This document shows, piece by piece, positions 1 to 8,996 of a stretch of DNA of 64,000 bases. This DNA is from a virus, in the IMG/VR virus record IMGVR_UViG_3300031576_000025, positions 1-64,000 of that record, one strand, 5' to 3'. The position numbers were made by a program, and so were the translations under genes. Numbering within the stretch: the first letter of the stretch is position 1; each line of letters opens with the position of its first letter. The notes below the pieces were generated by a model that had not been told where the DNA came from, made no database searches, and saw only the letters and a list, made by a program, of their open reading frames with translations.

Positions 1-46
1 GCCGCTGTTAACGGCAAGGTTCCAGGTTCGAGTCCTGGTGCCCCAG
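1..46 (+). tRNA. tRNA-Asn(GTT), 3' portion; truncated by window start
   Basis: Anticodon arm GCCG-CTGTTAA-CGGC (anticodon GTT), short variable loop, T-arm CCAGG-TTCGAGT-CCTGG, acceptor strand TGCCCCA and G discriminator; no encoded CCA. Confidence 0.88.
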
Positions 47-130
47 TCGCGGGCCCGGTCAACAGCAGGGCGTTGTCCGCGCACGACGGGACGGCGTGGG
101 TGGATTGGCTGGACACCGGGGTGGCGGCGC

Positions 131-358
131 ATGGGTGACAACGCGGCGGAAGTGGCGCGGGCGGTGGCTGCCGACAAGGACCGCGTGCTGGCGGCCGTGC
201 TGCGCGTGGTGGAAGGCGACCCGCACCTGTGGGGCTTGCGTCCGTGCCAATCCTGCCAGGCCGTCACGGACTTGGCCGGGCGGCCGTTCGGCTGCAACGT
301 CAAGGCCGCGCACGCGGCACGGGCCGGTGACGGCCGGACGCCGGGGGCGGACGGGTGA
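131..358 (+). CDS. hypothetical protein with CxxC
   Basis: ATG at 131 in ORF 38..358; GTGA overlap with next gene. Confidence 0.55.
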   Translation: MGDNAAEVARAVAADKDRVLAAVLRVVEGDPHLWGLRPCQSCQAVTDLAGRPFGCNVKAAHAARAGDGRTPGADG

Positions 359-633
359 AGCCGGGGCGCGACATGGCGGAAGGCTGCATTGCCGTTGTGG
401 TCCTGGCGTTCTTTGCCTGGCTTGCTGGCCTTGGGTTTCAGGAAATGCAGGACGTGCAGCAGCGGCAGCGCAACGCGCGCCGCGCCGAAGCCATGCAGCC
501 GCGCAGCACGGCCGCGTCCTGGGCGCTGTCCCCGGTCAACCCGGCTGGCTTGCTGCGCCCGCGGACGGCCGCGCCAAGCGCCCCGGCGCGCAGCCCGGCA
601 CGGTCCTACAGGATTTTGCGGGGGTACCACTGA
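355..633 (+). CDS. hypothetical membrane protein
   Basis: N-terminal hydrophobic helix; overlaps both neighbours. Confidence 0.55.
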   Translation: MKPGRDMAEGCIAVVVLAFFAWLAGLGFQEMQDVQQRQRNARRAEAMQPRSTAASWALSPVNPAGLLRPRTAAPSAPARSPARSYRILRGYH

Positions 634-992
634 TGGCCGACAAGGCGGACGTGGCGCGCAAGGTCAAGGCGCTGCTGGCAGTGGCGGCAGACGGCAGCGG
701 GGCTACACCGGCTGAAGCCGCCACGGCGGCGGCGCTGGCCGCCAAGCTGACGACGCAGCACGGGCTGGTGTCGGACGATTTCAAGGACGCGCCGCGCGCC
801 GCGCGCGCCCCGCGGCGCGAACCGCACATGGACCCCAGCATGGCCCCGCACGTGTTCGTGCGCGTGGTCTTGCAGGACGCGGGCATTGACCCGGCGGACC
901 TGTTCGGAAATGGGTCAAACGCGACGACCAGCAGCGGTTTCTTCGGAATCTTCACCGGGGAGCGCGGCGGCTGGTGGACCGGCGAATGGTAG
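633..992 (+). CDS. DUF2786-like protein
   Basis: KVKALLAVA...ATPAEAATAAALAAKLTTQHGL resembles the DUF2786 helical motif. Confidence 0.7.
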   Translation: MADKADVARKVKALLAVAADGSGATPAEAATAAALAAKLTTQHGLVSDDFKDAPRAARAPRREPHMDPSMAPHVFVRVVLQDAGIDPADLFGNGSNATTSSGFFGIFTGERGGWWTGEW

Positions 993-1303
993 GCACTGCG
1001 GGCTACGTTCTGGCGGGGGCGCTGGGGGCGCTGGCGTCAATGGCGGTGGTGTGGTTCACGGGCTGGCTGAAAAGGTCCGCCAATGGCGTGTCCAGCTGCC
1101 CCCTATGCCACGGGGCCGGGGTGGTGCCGGAAATGACCAAGCTGCGCCGGGTGCCGCTGCGCGAAGCCCTGCGCGGCCCGCTGCCGGACCCCGGGCCGCC
1201 GCCTGACCGCCCGCACAACATGCTGCCGTCGGATTTGGTGCCCAAAAAGCCTTGCAACAGTTTTTCAAGCTGTTGCGGCGGGAAAGGACCGTGTTCTGGC
1301 TGA
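986..1303 (+). CDS. membrane-anchored protein with CxxCxGxG zinc motif
   Basis: N-terminal TM helix, then CPLCHGAG. Confidence 0.55.
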   Translation: MVGTAGYVLAGALGALASMAVVWFTGWLKRSANGVSSCPLCHGAGVVPEMTKLRRVPLREALRGPLPDPGPPPDRPHNMLPSDLVPKKPCNSFSSCCGGKGPCSG

Positions 1304-1819
1304 TTTTCAAGGGTTGGCGAAGGCGGCACGTGGCGCGCTGCAACGTGGAACTGCGCTGGTGCTGGACCTGCGACGGCGGCAGGCGCTACTACGGCCCGGC
1401 GGCGCTGCTGGACTTGGCGGTGGCCGCCGCGGGCGTGTACGCGGCCTGGGCCAAGGCGCTGGGCCCGGTGACGCAATGATGGCGGCGCTGCTGGTGCTGG
1501 GCGCGGTGGTGGCCCTGGGCGTGGTCATGTCCGGGCGGTGCTGGACCTGCGGCGGCCACGCGCACAGCCACGCCATGGCGCGCTGGCTGGGGCCTATCAA
1601 GGCGTGGGGCGACGGCAGCGGCGCGCCCGGCCGCTGGTGCGGGGTCTACCTGGGGCCGCTGCGGCTGCACCGGAAGTGGCAGGACGACCTGCCCGCGGAC
1701 GCCCAGCCGTGCTTGGTGGCGCACCTGGAAACCGGCGACAGCTGCCGCCGGGTGGCGGCGCTTTACGTGCGGGGGCTGGGGCCGGTGGAAACACAGCCGT
1801 CCTGGTGCGGCGGTCGGAA

Positions 1820-2341
1820 ATGACCACGGACCTGCACGCCTGCTGGGAACGCGGCTTGGTGGGCTATCGCAATGGCCGCGCGCTGCACCACCCTGGCCAT
1901 GGCGGGCGCGTGCTGTGCGAGGGCTGGGGGTCCGGCTGGCACGCGGCCCAGGCCAAGGCCGCCAAGCGCGGCAACCCATTCCCCGCCGGTGACGGCGCGC
2001 ACACCGCGGATGCCGCCTGCGGGGTTCCGCCGTACCTGGCGTGCCCGTTCTGCTGGGAGGACGATTTTGACCAGGTGGGCTTAAAGGGCCACCTGACCAA
2101 CGGCTGGTGCGAACCCTACAAGGACTTGGACGTGCGACCAGCGCCGCTGTCGGCTGCCGCGGCGGCCGACGAAACGGGCGTGCTGCGGGTGAACAACGCG
2201 GAACTGCGCGCGGTGCTGGAATCGGAAGCGCCCTGCACCTGCCGACCAAACGGCTTGGGGCCAGGCAAGCCGCTGCGCTGCCTGCGCTGCCGACTGCTGC
2301 ACCCGCAAGAATCCGACCCCATGCGGGACGGGACGCAGTAA
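1820..2341 (+). CDS. hypothetical protein, Rmf/CrpP-like W-x-x-G-W motif plus zinc finger
   Basis: CWERG...GWGSGWHAA; CPFC...H...C; ATGA coupling. Confidence 0.6.
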   Translation: MTTDLHACWERGLVGYRNGRALHHPGHGGRVLCEGWGSGWHAAQAKAAKRGNPFPAGDGAHTADAACGVPPYLACPFCWEDDFDQVGLKGHLTNGWCEPYKDLDVRPAPLSAAAAADETGVLRVNNAELRAVLESEAPCTCRPNGLGPGKPLRCLRCRLLHPQESDPMRDGTQ

Positions 2342-2351
2342 AAAGCCTGGC

Positions 2352-2379
2352 TTGACAATTACCAGTAACAGGCTATAAT
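2352..2379 (+). promoter_or_regulatory. sigma70 promoter with operator TTACCAGTAA
   Basis: TTGACA-16 nt-TATAAT; 27 bp identical to 46692-46718. Confidence 0.85.
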
Positions 2380-2386
2380 GTCCAGC

Positions 2387-2608
2387 ATGGGGCCTGTCTG
2401 TTGCGCGTGCCTGTTCCGGGTCTTTTTCTTCGCGCTGCCGGTGTCGGCCATGTTCGTGCTGGCGTCCACAGAAAATGAAATGCGGTGGCTTGCGCCAAAC
2501 GTCCGCACCGTCGGCGGGCCGCTGCTGTTCTTGAACATGCTGGTGGCCGTCTGGCAGGCACGCGCAGGCGTGCTGCACCTGGACACCCACGCTTCGGCGG
2601 CGCGTTAA
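2387..2608 (+). CDS. small two-TM membrane protein, probably leaderless
   Basis: ATG 7 nt after the -10 box; two hydrophobic segments. Confidence 0.5.
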   Translation: MGPVCCACLFRVFFFALPVSAMFVLASTENEMRWLAPNVRTVGGPLLFLNMLVAVWQARAGVLHLDTHASAAR

Positions 2609-2859
2609 TGGACGGGGTGAAGGCGGACACGCGCAACGGCTGGCAGGTTTCAAAAAAGCTGGTCCACCTGTGCTTGGCCACCCACGTGCCGACCAAGTGG
2701 GTGGCCGTTGACCTGGAAACTGGGCACGTGTGGAACGCCAATCAGGACGGCTGCTGGGTCACGCCGGATTTGCCGACGGCGGAAGAAACCCTGGCGAAGG
2801 TGGCGCGGGCTTGCCTTGAAGCGCGGGCAAAATCGGCCGGGCCGCTGCCGCCCCCATGA
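2608..2859 (+). CDS. hypothetical protein
   Basis: TAATG coupling; typical codon usage. Confidence 0.6.
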   Translation: MDGVKADTRNGWQVSKKLVHLCLATHVPTKWVAVDLETGHVWNANQDGCWVTPDLPTAEETLAKVARACLEARAKSAGPLPPP

Positions 2860-3221
2860 CGCCCCCGGAGACCTGCTGGAGGGCCGGGTGGGACGGCCAC
2901 GCGGCGAAGCTGGACACGGCGGCGCGCGCGGAAGCGGCGTGCTGCGCGGCCTGGGACAGCGGGTGGGCCGCCGCTGCGGGCGGCACGCTGCGGGACGCCA
3001 ACCCGTACGTGAAGAAAGCCCACGGCCTTGGCGGTCTGCCCGACGACGCCCACGCGCCGTCCATGTGCTGGGCCGCGGGTTGGTCCTACTACATGGCGGG
3101 GGGCGGGCAGAACGACCGTGACGGCTGGAACTGCGCGGATTGGCTTGCGGGCTGGAATGCGGCGGCGGGCGGCAATCGCAAGGAAGCGAACCCGCACGCA
3201 GCGGTGACGGTGGGCCCGTGA
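2856..3221 (+). CDS. tandem Rmf/CrpP-like repeat protein
   Basis: Two repeats of CWxAGW...WxxGWxAAAGG...ANP[YH]. Confidence 0.65.
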   Translation: MTPPETCWRAGWDGHAAKLDTAARAEAACCAAWDSGWAAAAGGTLRDANPYVKKAHGLGGLPDDAHAPSMCWAAGWSYYMAGGGQNDRDGWNCADWLAGWNAAAGGNRKEANPHAAVTVGP

Positions 3222-3652
3222 CGCAGTACGCGCGGAACACGACGGTGTCGTGCGAAAAGTCAAAGGTGGAAATCGAACGGACGCTGACGCGCTACGGGGC
3301 CACGCACTTTTCCTACGCCACCATGCCCGAAGGCGCTGTGGTCCAGTTCGTCAAGGGCGGCAAACGAATCCGCTTCCTGGTCCCCATGCCCGCGCGGCCG
3401 GACGAAGGCGTGCGCGGCGGACCAGCGGCGTTCGTGCGGTGGGAAAAATCGCAGCGCCAGAAATGGCGCGCGCTGGGGCTGGTGATAAAGGCGAAGCTGG
3501 AAGCTGTGGCGTCGGGGATTTGCACGTTCGAGGAGGAATTCTTGGCGCACATAGTCCTGCCGAACGGGCAGACGGCCGGGCAGCACGTCATTCCGCTGAT
3601 AGAACGGGCCTACGAATCCGGGGAAGTGCCTATGCTTGGCTGGGGGGGGTGA
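3218..3652 (+). CDS. conserved phage hypothetical protein
   Basis: YARNTTVS.EKSK.EIERTL.RYGA...WRAL.LVIKAKLEAV.SGI.TFEEEFLAHIVLP, a family I recall as common in phages. Confidence 0.8.
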   Translation: MTQYARNTTVSCEKSKVEIERTLTRYGATHFSYATMPEGAVVQFVKGGKRIRFLVPMPARPDEGVRGGPAAFVRWEKSQRQKWRALGLVIKAKLEAVASGICTFEEEFLAHIVLPNGQTAGQHVIPLIERAYESGEVPMLGWGG

Positions 3653-3653
3653 A

Positions 3654-4112
3654 ATGCTGAACGACAAGCAGCTGGTGGGTGTAACCGTGCTTAAGGGTGG
3701 GACGGTCAACGCTTGGGCGGTGCTGGCCTGGACCCCGGCCGCGGCGGTCCTTGGCGCGCTGGTCTTGCTGGCCGTCAGGGGCTTACCGGCCGACGTGACG
3801 GGGCCAAACGGCGAAGCCCTGGGGTGGGACGTAATCGTTTTGCTGGGGCTGCTGTGCGTGGTGCTGGTCAACGCGGTGCTGGCGCTGGCGGCCGATTTCT
3901 TACCCCCCGACAAAGACCTGGCGGCGCGCGGCGCGCTGCTGGAACCCGTGAAGCTGGCTTGCATAGGCATGACGCTGTGGGTGGCTTTCCGGCTGGTGGT
4001 GTTGTGGTCCTTGGCCATGTCCGAATTGACCGGCCTGGCGACCCACGACCAGGTGCGGCGCGCGGCTGGCGGACCAGGGGACGCCGTGCAGCCGGTGGTG
4101 GCTGCGCCATGA
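3654..4112 (+). CDS. multi-pass membrane protein
   Basis: Three hydrophobic helices; G-run RBS. Confidence 0.65.
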   Translation: MLNDKQLVGVTVLKGGTVNAWAVLAWTPAAAVLGALVLLAVRGLPADVTGPNGEALGWDVIVLLGLLCVVLVNAVLALAADFLPPDKDLAARGALLEPVKLACIGMTLWVAFRLVVLWSLAMSELTGLATHDQVRRAAGGPGDAVQPVVAAP

Positions 4113-4669
4113 CGCCGCCGGAAGGCGCGGTGCCGGGGGACGGCGCGCAGAAGCCGTCGGCTGCCGTGATTCGCCAGCGGCTTGACGAACACGACGCTGA
4201 CGCGCGTTCGTGGTTGGAAACCGTCACGCCGCGCGACGTTCGCCACCTCCTCGACGAACTGGACGCGCGCAACGCCAGTTGTCTAAAGCATGAAGGTCAC
4301 GAGCATTGCGTTACGCCGTGCGATTCCATCAGGATTCAGGAGGCGAATCACAACGCCTACCTGACCGCGAAGGACCGCGCCGACGACCTTGAATCCGAAC
4401 TCACCTTGGTCCGGGCGGCCCTTCAGACCGTCGTAGCCCGTTGGACAACACCGGGCGAGCCTGACTTTTCGGAGCTGGATTTGTCTATGGCAAAGGACGC
4501 CCTATCCAGACCCGCCCGCGCCACCAACGACAGGGCTGCGCTGGAAGCCGTGTTCCAGGCCGCGTGGAACCTGAACCATGGGAAGCACGACGGGCACGAC
4601 GGGAAGGCGGAAGTGGCGCTGGCCGAATCCGTCGCAAAGGTCAAGGCCATACGCGGTGGGAAACCGTGA
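4109..4669 (+). CDS. hypothetical protein (coiled)
   Basis: ATGA coupling; helical composition. Confidence 0.6.
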   Translation: MTPPEGAVPGDGAQKPSAAVIRQRLDEHDADARSWLETVTPRDVRHLLDELDARNASCLKHEGHEHCVTPCDSIRIQEANHNAYLTAKDRADDLESELTLVRAALQTVVARWTTPGEPDFSELDLSMAKDALSRPARATNDRAALEAVFQAAWNLNHGKHDGHDGKAEVALAESVAKVKAIRGGKP

Positions 4670-4983
4670 CGAATCCGAAGGGGGCCGTTGGTGGCGCGCA
4701 GAAGGGGCTGTACGTTTCATGCGCCGCCTTGCACGTGGACGCGCGCGGGAATCGTGTCCAGTGCCCGGACGGCAAGCCCCCCAGGGAACCCGTGGTTCTG
4801 TTGTGCCCGAAGTGCGGCAACGACATGAAACCAGGAAGGACGCCGCCCTGCGACACATGCGACTGTCCGAAGCCGCAGCTTGCGCCGCAAATGTGCGGGC
4901 AATGCGGACAGGCGATTTCAGCGGCGGCCTGCGGCCCGACCCACGCCGCTGCGGCCCGCGGGGCGGGGCTGGACGCGCCGTGA
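4666..4983 (+). CDS. Cys-rich hypothetical protein
   Basis: Several CxxC motifs; GTGA coupling. Confidence 0.55.
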   Translation: MTNPKGAVGGAQKGLYVSCAALHVDARGNRVQCPDGKPPREPVVLLCPKCGNDMKPGRTPPCDTCDCPKPQLAPQMCGQCGQAISAAACGPTHAAAARGAGLDAP

Positions 4984-5222
4984 CGCCAGCGGAACAGGCG
5001 GTGTTGGTGCTGGTGGTGGCCGTCGTCGTTGACGGCTTGGTGGCCTGTGGCCGGGCGCGGGCGGCGCGGGCGGCGCTGGCGGCGCGGCGCGGACCATGGG
5101 GCAAGCTGCTGTGGCGGTGGGCCGGTGGCTGGCGGCGCGACGGCCCCGCCTTGGCCGCGCTGGCGCAGGTCTACCACGACCGGGCGCGGCAACAGGACCG
5201 GACGAACCGCGGGGACGGCTGA
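4980..5222 (+). CDS. small membrane protein
   Basis: GTGA coupling; hydrophobic N-terminus. Confidence 0.45.
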   Translation: MTPAEQAVLVLVVAVVVDGLVACGRARAARAALAARRGPWGKLLWRWAGGWRRDGPALAALAQVYHDRARQQDRTNRGDG

Positions 5223-5681
5223 CGGTGACCCGCAGACCCAACGACTATGCGACTGGAAACGCCAGACCAAACGGCTGGCCCAGGGTGCAGAAGCGGGCGG
5301 TTGCCCCAGGCGCGTGCCCCCGGCGTACGCAGCCTGGACGGCCGACCGAACAAGAACACCGGCATGACGCCGGTAAGGGCATAGCCCAAAACAGCCTGAC
5401 CCGCCACCGGCCTGGTGACCGCGCGGAACGCGACCGCGCGCCGAACGGCCCGGACGGCGGGCAGGCCCAGGGCGCGCTTGGCGGCTGTCGCTGGTGGCTG
5501 CCGTAGCAGCGGCGCGGCATTGCGGGCGCTACGGCCCCGCGGCGCGCGCCACAGCGCCCGCTGGCGCGCCTGCCGCGGCGGGGCAGCCGGACGCAGCCCA
5601 TGGCCGCCCCAGCGCCCCCAGGAAGGCCCGCCAGCGGCCCGCGGCGCGCCCGGCGGCCACCAAGCCCGGCACCGGCCGCCC

Positions 5682-5963
5682 GTGACCGTCCTGCTGGTGT
5701 TCTGCCCAGCCTGCGGCACCGGGGAAGCCGTGGACGCCGACCGCCACCCGTCACCGGACCTGCAATGCGACGGCTGCGGCGGCGCGCGCGAAGCCTTCCT
5801 GCTGACCCAGCCATGCCCAGCGCAACAGCCCGGCCGCCCCAAAAGGAACGGCTGCGGGAAGCCCCAACAGCTGGCAGAAAACGACCAGGATTTGACCCCC
5901 AAAAAAGCCCCGGTTTCCAGCCCCCGCCGGACCAAGAAAAAGACCCGGCGGACGGGTCCGTGA
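5682..5963 (+). CDS. zinc-ribbon protein
   Basis: CPACG...CDGCG; start uncertain. Confidence 0.45.
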   Translation: MTVLLVFCPACGTGEAVDADRHPSPDLQCDGCGGAREAFLLTQPCPAQQPGRPKRNGCGKPQQLAENDQDLTPKKAPVSSPRRTKKKTRRTGP

Positions 5964-5974
5964 AACGACCAGCT

Positions 5975-6259
5975 ATGCTACAAGCATTGCTTAAGCATTG
6001 CTTAAGCATATGCTACAAGCATTGCTTAAGCATTGCTTCAAGCATAGATTTGGCCATGCTACAAGCATTTTAAGCATAGAAAAAAGGGGGGGTAAATGAC
6101 ACCGAAGGCTTGGCATGTAAATTGCCAGGAATTGCTTAAGCCTGCCACCGATGTAGGAAATTCCACACTCACGGAATGCTTCAAGCATTGCTTAAGCATT
6201 GCTTCAAGCATAAAACGGGGGGGCCATGCTACAAGCATTGCTTAAGCATGTTTTAGCAT
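5975..6259. repeat. array of about 15 palindromic 11-13 bp repeats (iteron-like)
   Basis: TGCTTAAGCAT / ATGCTACAAGCAT / TGCTTCAAGCAT in tandem clusters in an AT-richer intergenic region. Confidence 0.9.
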
Positions 6260-6543
6260 GAAAAACCGCAAAAGCCGGGCGACTATATAAAGACTCTGTA
6301 CGCCGTTAATGCCGGTTGTGCAAGCCGTTGAGAAAAAGAGAGAGATAAAAAAACGAACGGACTCTCTCGTCCCCTTCAAAAAACGACCCGAAATCCACCA
6401 CCCGAAACCCAACGGAACCACCCAAAAACCACATGGACCTGCACCCACAAAATGACCACACGGAACTGCTGCCCAAACAGCCCCATTTCAACCCTTCCCT
6501 TTCGGCACTGGATTCCTGGTACGTCATGCTGCTAAACTACCCC

Positions 6544-6780
6544 CACGGCCGGACCAGGTCAACGAAAGCCGAACGCCGGAAAGACCGTTACGAAGTCTTG
6601 AACGAAGCCGGTCAAGGTGACCGTCAAGGCACTGTTCGACTTGGACCTGGAACAGTCCAGCTGCCGGAAGGTCCGAACGCTGGAATGTCGAAACGCCCGA
6701 ACACCGCAAAGCCTGAATGTCGGGAAGTCGGTGCGCTGGTCGGCTGGTGCTTTGGTGTTGACGTGGACTTGTCCGCAGTG
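6544..6780 (+). ncRNA. candidate structured non-coding RNA
   Basis: 5' and 3' ends pair; four internal hairpins; extended -10 TGCTAAACT at 6530-6538. Confidence 0.4.
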
Positions 6781-6807
6781 GTAGACCGCAAAGGCAGGTG
6801 AACGAAC

Positions 6808-7449
6808 ATGGGCCAGGCAGAAGGCAAGACGCAGAAGGTCGGCAGCAGGTACCCGCGTGAGCTGGTGCTGCGCGCTATCCAAGCGGTCAACGAAGGCGCG
6901 ACCCTGACGACGGTGGCCAAGGATTTCAAGGTGGCCCCGAACGTCGTCAAGTATTGGGTGGACAACGCCGACAGGTTCATGGGCCCGGCTGGCATGAAGG
7001 CCCTGACCTTCGGCACCGGCCTGGACGACCACACGCGCCAGCAGTTCCACCGCATAGGCTGGCAGTCCGTCTACCTTGCCCTGCGCGTGGCGCGCGTGAA
7101 GTTCAAGACGGCAACGCTGACCGAGATTTCAACCTTCATTGCCAACACCGTTGACCGCCTTGGCAAGCACGCCAGACCGACCGACGAAGAACGCCGCAGC
7201 GGCGACGGTGGCGAATCACCTATCAAGTCCGCGGCAAGCCGCGAAGCAGGGCGTGCCTTCAGCCAAGTGGAAGCCATGGTGGTGCGCATGACGCAGCAGC
7301 GGGAAGGGCCGGTGGAAGAACCCCAAGGTGAGCGCGAAGAGCCAATAGACGCTACCACACCGACGCCTGCGGAACCGGAACCAGCAGCGACGGACCCGGC
7401 CACCACGACGGACAACAAACACAACACCGACGAACCACCCTTGACCTAA
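6808..7449 (+). CDS. HTH protein, possible terminase small subunit
   Basis: N-terminal HTH (GATLTTVAKDFKVAPNVVKYWV), helical middle, acidic tail; RBS AGGTGA; about 5 kb upstream of terL. Confidence 0.6.
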   Translation: MGQAEGKTQKVGSRYPRELVLRAIQAVNEGATLTTVAKDFKVAPNVVKYWVDNADRFMGPAGMKALTFGTGLDDHTRQQFHRIGWQSVYLALRVARVKFKTATLTEISTFIANTVDRLGKHARPTDEERRSGDGGESPIKSAASREAGRAFSQVEAMVVRMTQQREGPVEEPQGEREEPIDATTPTPAEPEPAATDPATTTDNKHNTDEPPLT

Positions 7450-7467
7450 TAGCCCATTATGTCAAGG
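7439..7467. other. dif-like Xer recombination site
   Basis: CCTTGACCTAA-TAGCCCA-TTATGTCAAGG: 11-bp inverted arms, XerD-like TTATGTCAA, 7-nt centre. Confidence 0.55.
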
Positions 7468-7551
7468 CGCATGAAGGGACATTGCCCAGGGTGAATGATG
7501 GAGGCCGGAAAAATGAGGCGTCGGAGGCGCATACTCCTGCTGACCACAATT

Positions 7552-7600
7552 TTTTCATTTGCAAATCTGATATTTTCATTTGAAAATTTTATTTGAAAAA
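7552..7600. repeat. three AT-rich direct repeats TTTT(C)ATTTG(C/A)AAA
   Basis: Copies at 7552, 7573 and 7587. Confidence 0.6.
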
Positions 7601-8855
7601 GCCGGTCCAGAAATCCTTTGCAAACAGTTGCAGCCGTCCATTCTTTCAACCCCCACCGTCTTAAAGCCTTGAACTTCGATTGCGACCCTGGTACCATAGC
7701 GTCCGTGACCAGTCCTGGTGTGGGAAACGCGGGGTGCAGTTCCATGTTGAAGTGCGGACGTTCAGGCCGGTCAACGGTCCAAAAAAAAATCCGGTCGGAA
7801 CGGCTGGGTGGTGTTCGTCCCGTGGCGCGGGGCGGTGGCGTCCGTGGCGGGGCGTGCGTTCTTTCGTGGTGCCAGGAATCGGACGGCGGCGCGGCGTTCG
7901 CGCTGGCGGACGTGGGTGTGCGGGGGGGCTGGGCCGCGGGAAAAAAAATCCGAACGGCGGCGGGGCGCGGCGGGCCGCTGGTCCCGCGGGGCGCGCTGGC
8001 TGGGGTGGCGTTCGTGGTGACCGGCTGCCGGGTGGCCGCGTTCCCGGTCCCCGGTCCCGCGGCGCTTGGTCGGCTGGCCGCGCGCTTGAAGCCGCGGCGG
8101 CGCGCGGGGTGCGCATGAAGCGGCTGGCGGTGCGGCCGGTGCGCGGCGCGCGCGGGCGGCTGGTCCTTGGGCTGGACATGGGCTGCGGCCGGGACAGGGC
8201 GGCGGCGGTGGTGGTGGCCCGCGCGCTGGTCAACGGCAAGCCCGCCTGGTCGGTGGTGCGCTTCGGGGTCGGTCAGGCCGCGGCGGCCCGGGTGACCCGG
8301 TGGTGGGCGGCCCGCGGGCGGGGCGGCGCGGTGCCGCGCGGGGCCGCGGCGCTGGCGCGGCGGGCGGCGGCGTCCGCCGCCGGGTCGCGCCATTCCCTGG
8401 CCCGGGCCGTGCGGCTGGCGCGCGCCCCAGCGTGGGCGGCGGCATGACCGCGCGCTGCGGACACGAAGCCTGCGGCCGGGCAGCCAAGACCATGACGCCC
8501 CGGGTGCCGCGCTGGCTGCCGGTCCTTTTCGCCGGGGTGTTCTTCGGCGGCGTGGCCGGGCTGGCGGTGCGGACCTTCACGGACCACGGCCCGGGGCGCG
8601 TGGCCGGTGCGCTGGCCGCGGCGCTGCTGCTGGGCTGGGCCGTTAGGGGGGCCAGGTGAACCACGCCCGGGTGCTGCTGGTTGACGACACGCGCCTGTCC
8701 CCAAGCGCCGCGGCGCTGGCCTTCGCCGTCGTCCACGCGGTCCACGCCGCGCCGCCCGCGCCGCCGGTCCCTGGTCTGCCGGACGCCACCGGCCTGCCAG
8801 CGAAAGCGGCGGCACGGGCGCGGCGGGCGCGCGCGAAAACCGGGTGGGGGGTGCC

Positions 8856-8993
8856 ATGGACCCGTCCATAAAAGAACTGGTGTCCTGGTGGAACGCCCAG
8901 CCAGAAACCTTCCGCGCCGCCTGGCGCGAACGCAGCCCGGACGTGCCATTTTTGAAAGCCGTGCGCGCCGACTACGCGCGGCGGGCGGTCTGA
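8856..8993 (+). CDS. small hypothetical protein (45 aa)
   Basis: G-run RBS; MDPSIKELVSWW...; below the ORF-track cutoff. Confidence 0.55.
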   Translation: MDPSIKELVSWWNAQPETFRAAWRERSPDVPFLKAVRADYARRAV

Positions 8994-8996
8994 CCC

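Noticed and set aside
5975-6259. CRISPR array
   Set aside because: Repeats are only 11-13 bp and mostly abut each other, with no unique spacers of regular length
6808-7449. IS3-family transposase OrfA
   Set aside because: The HTH is similar but there is no DDE OrfB or IS ends
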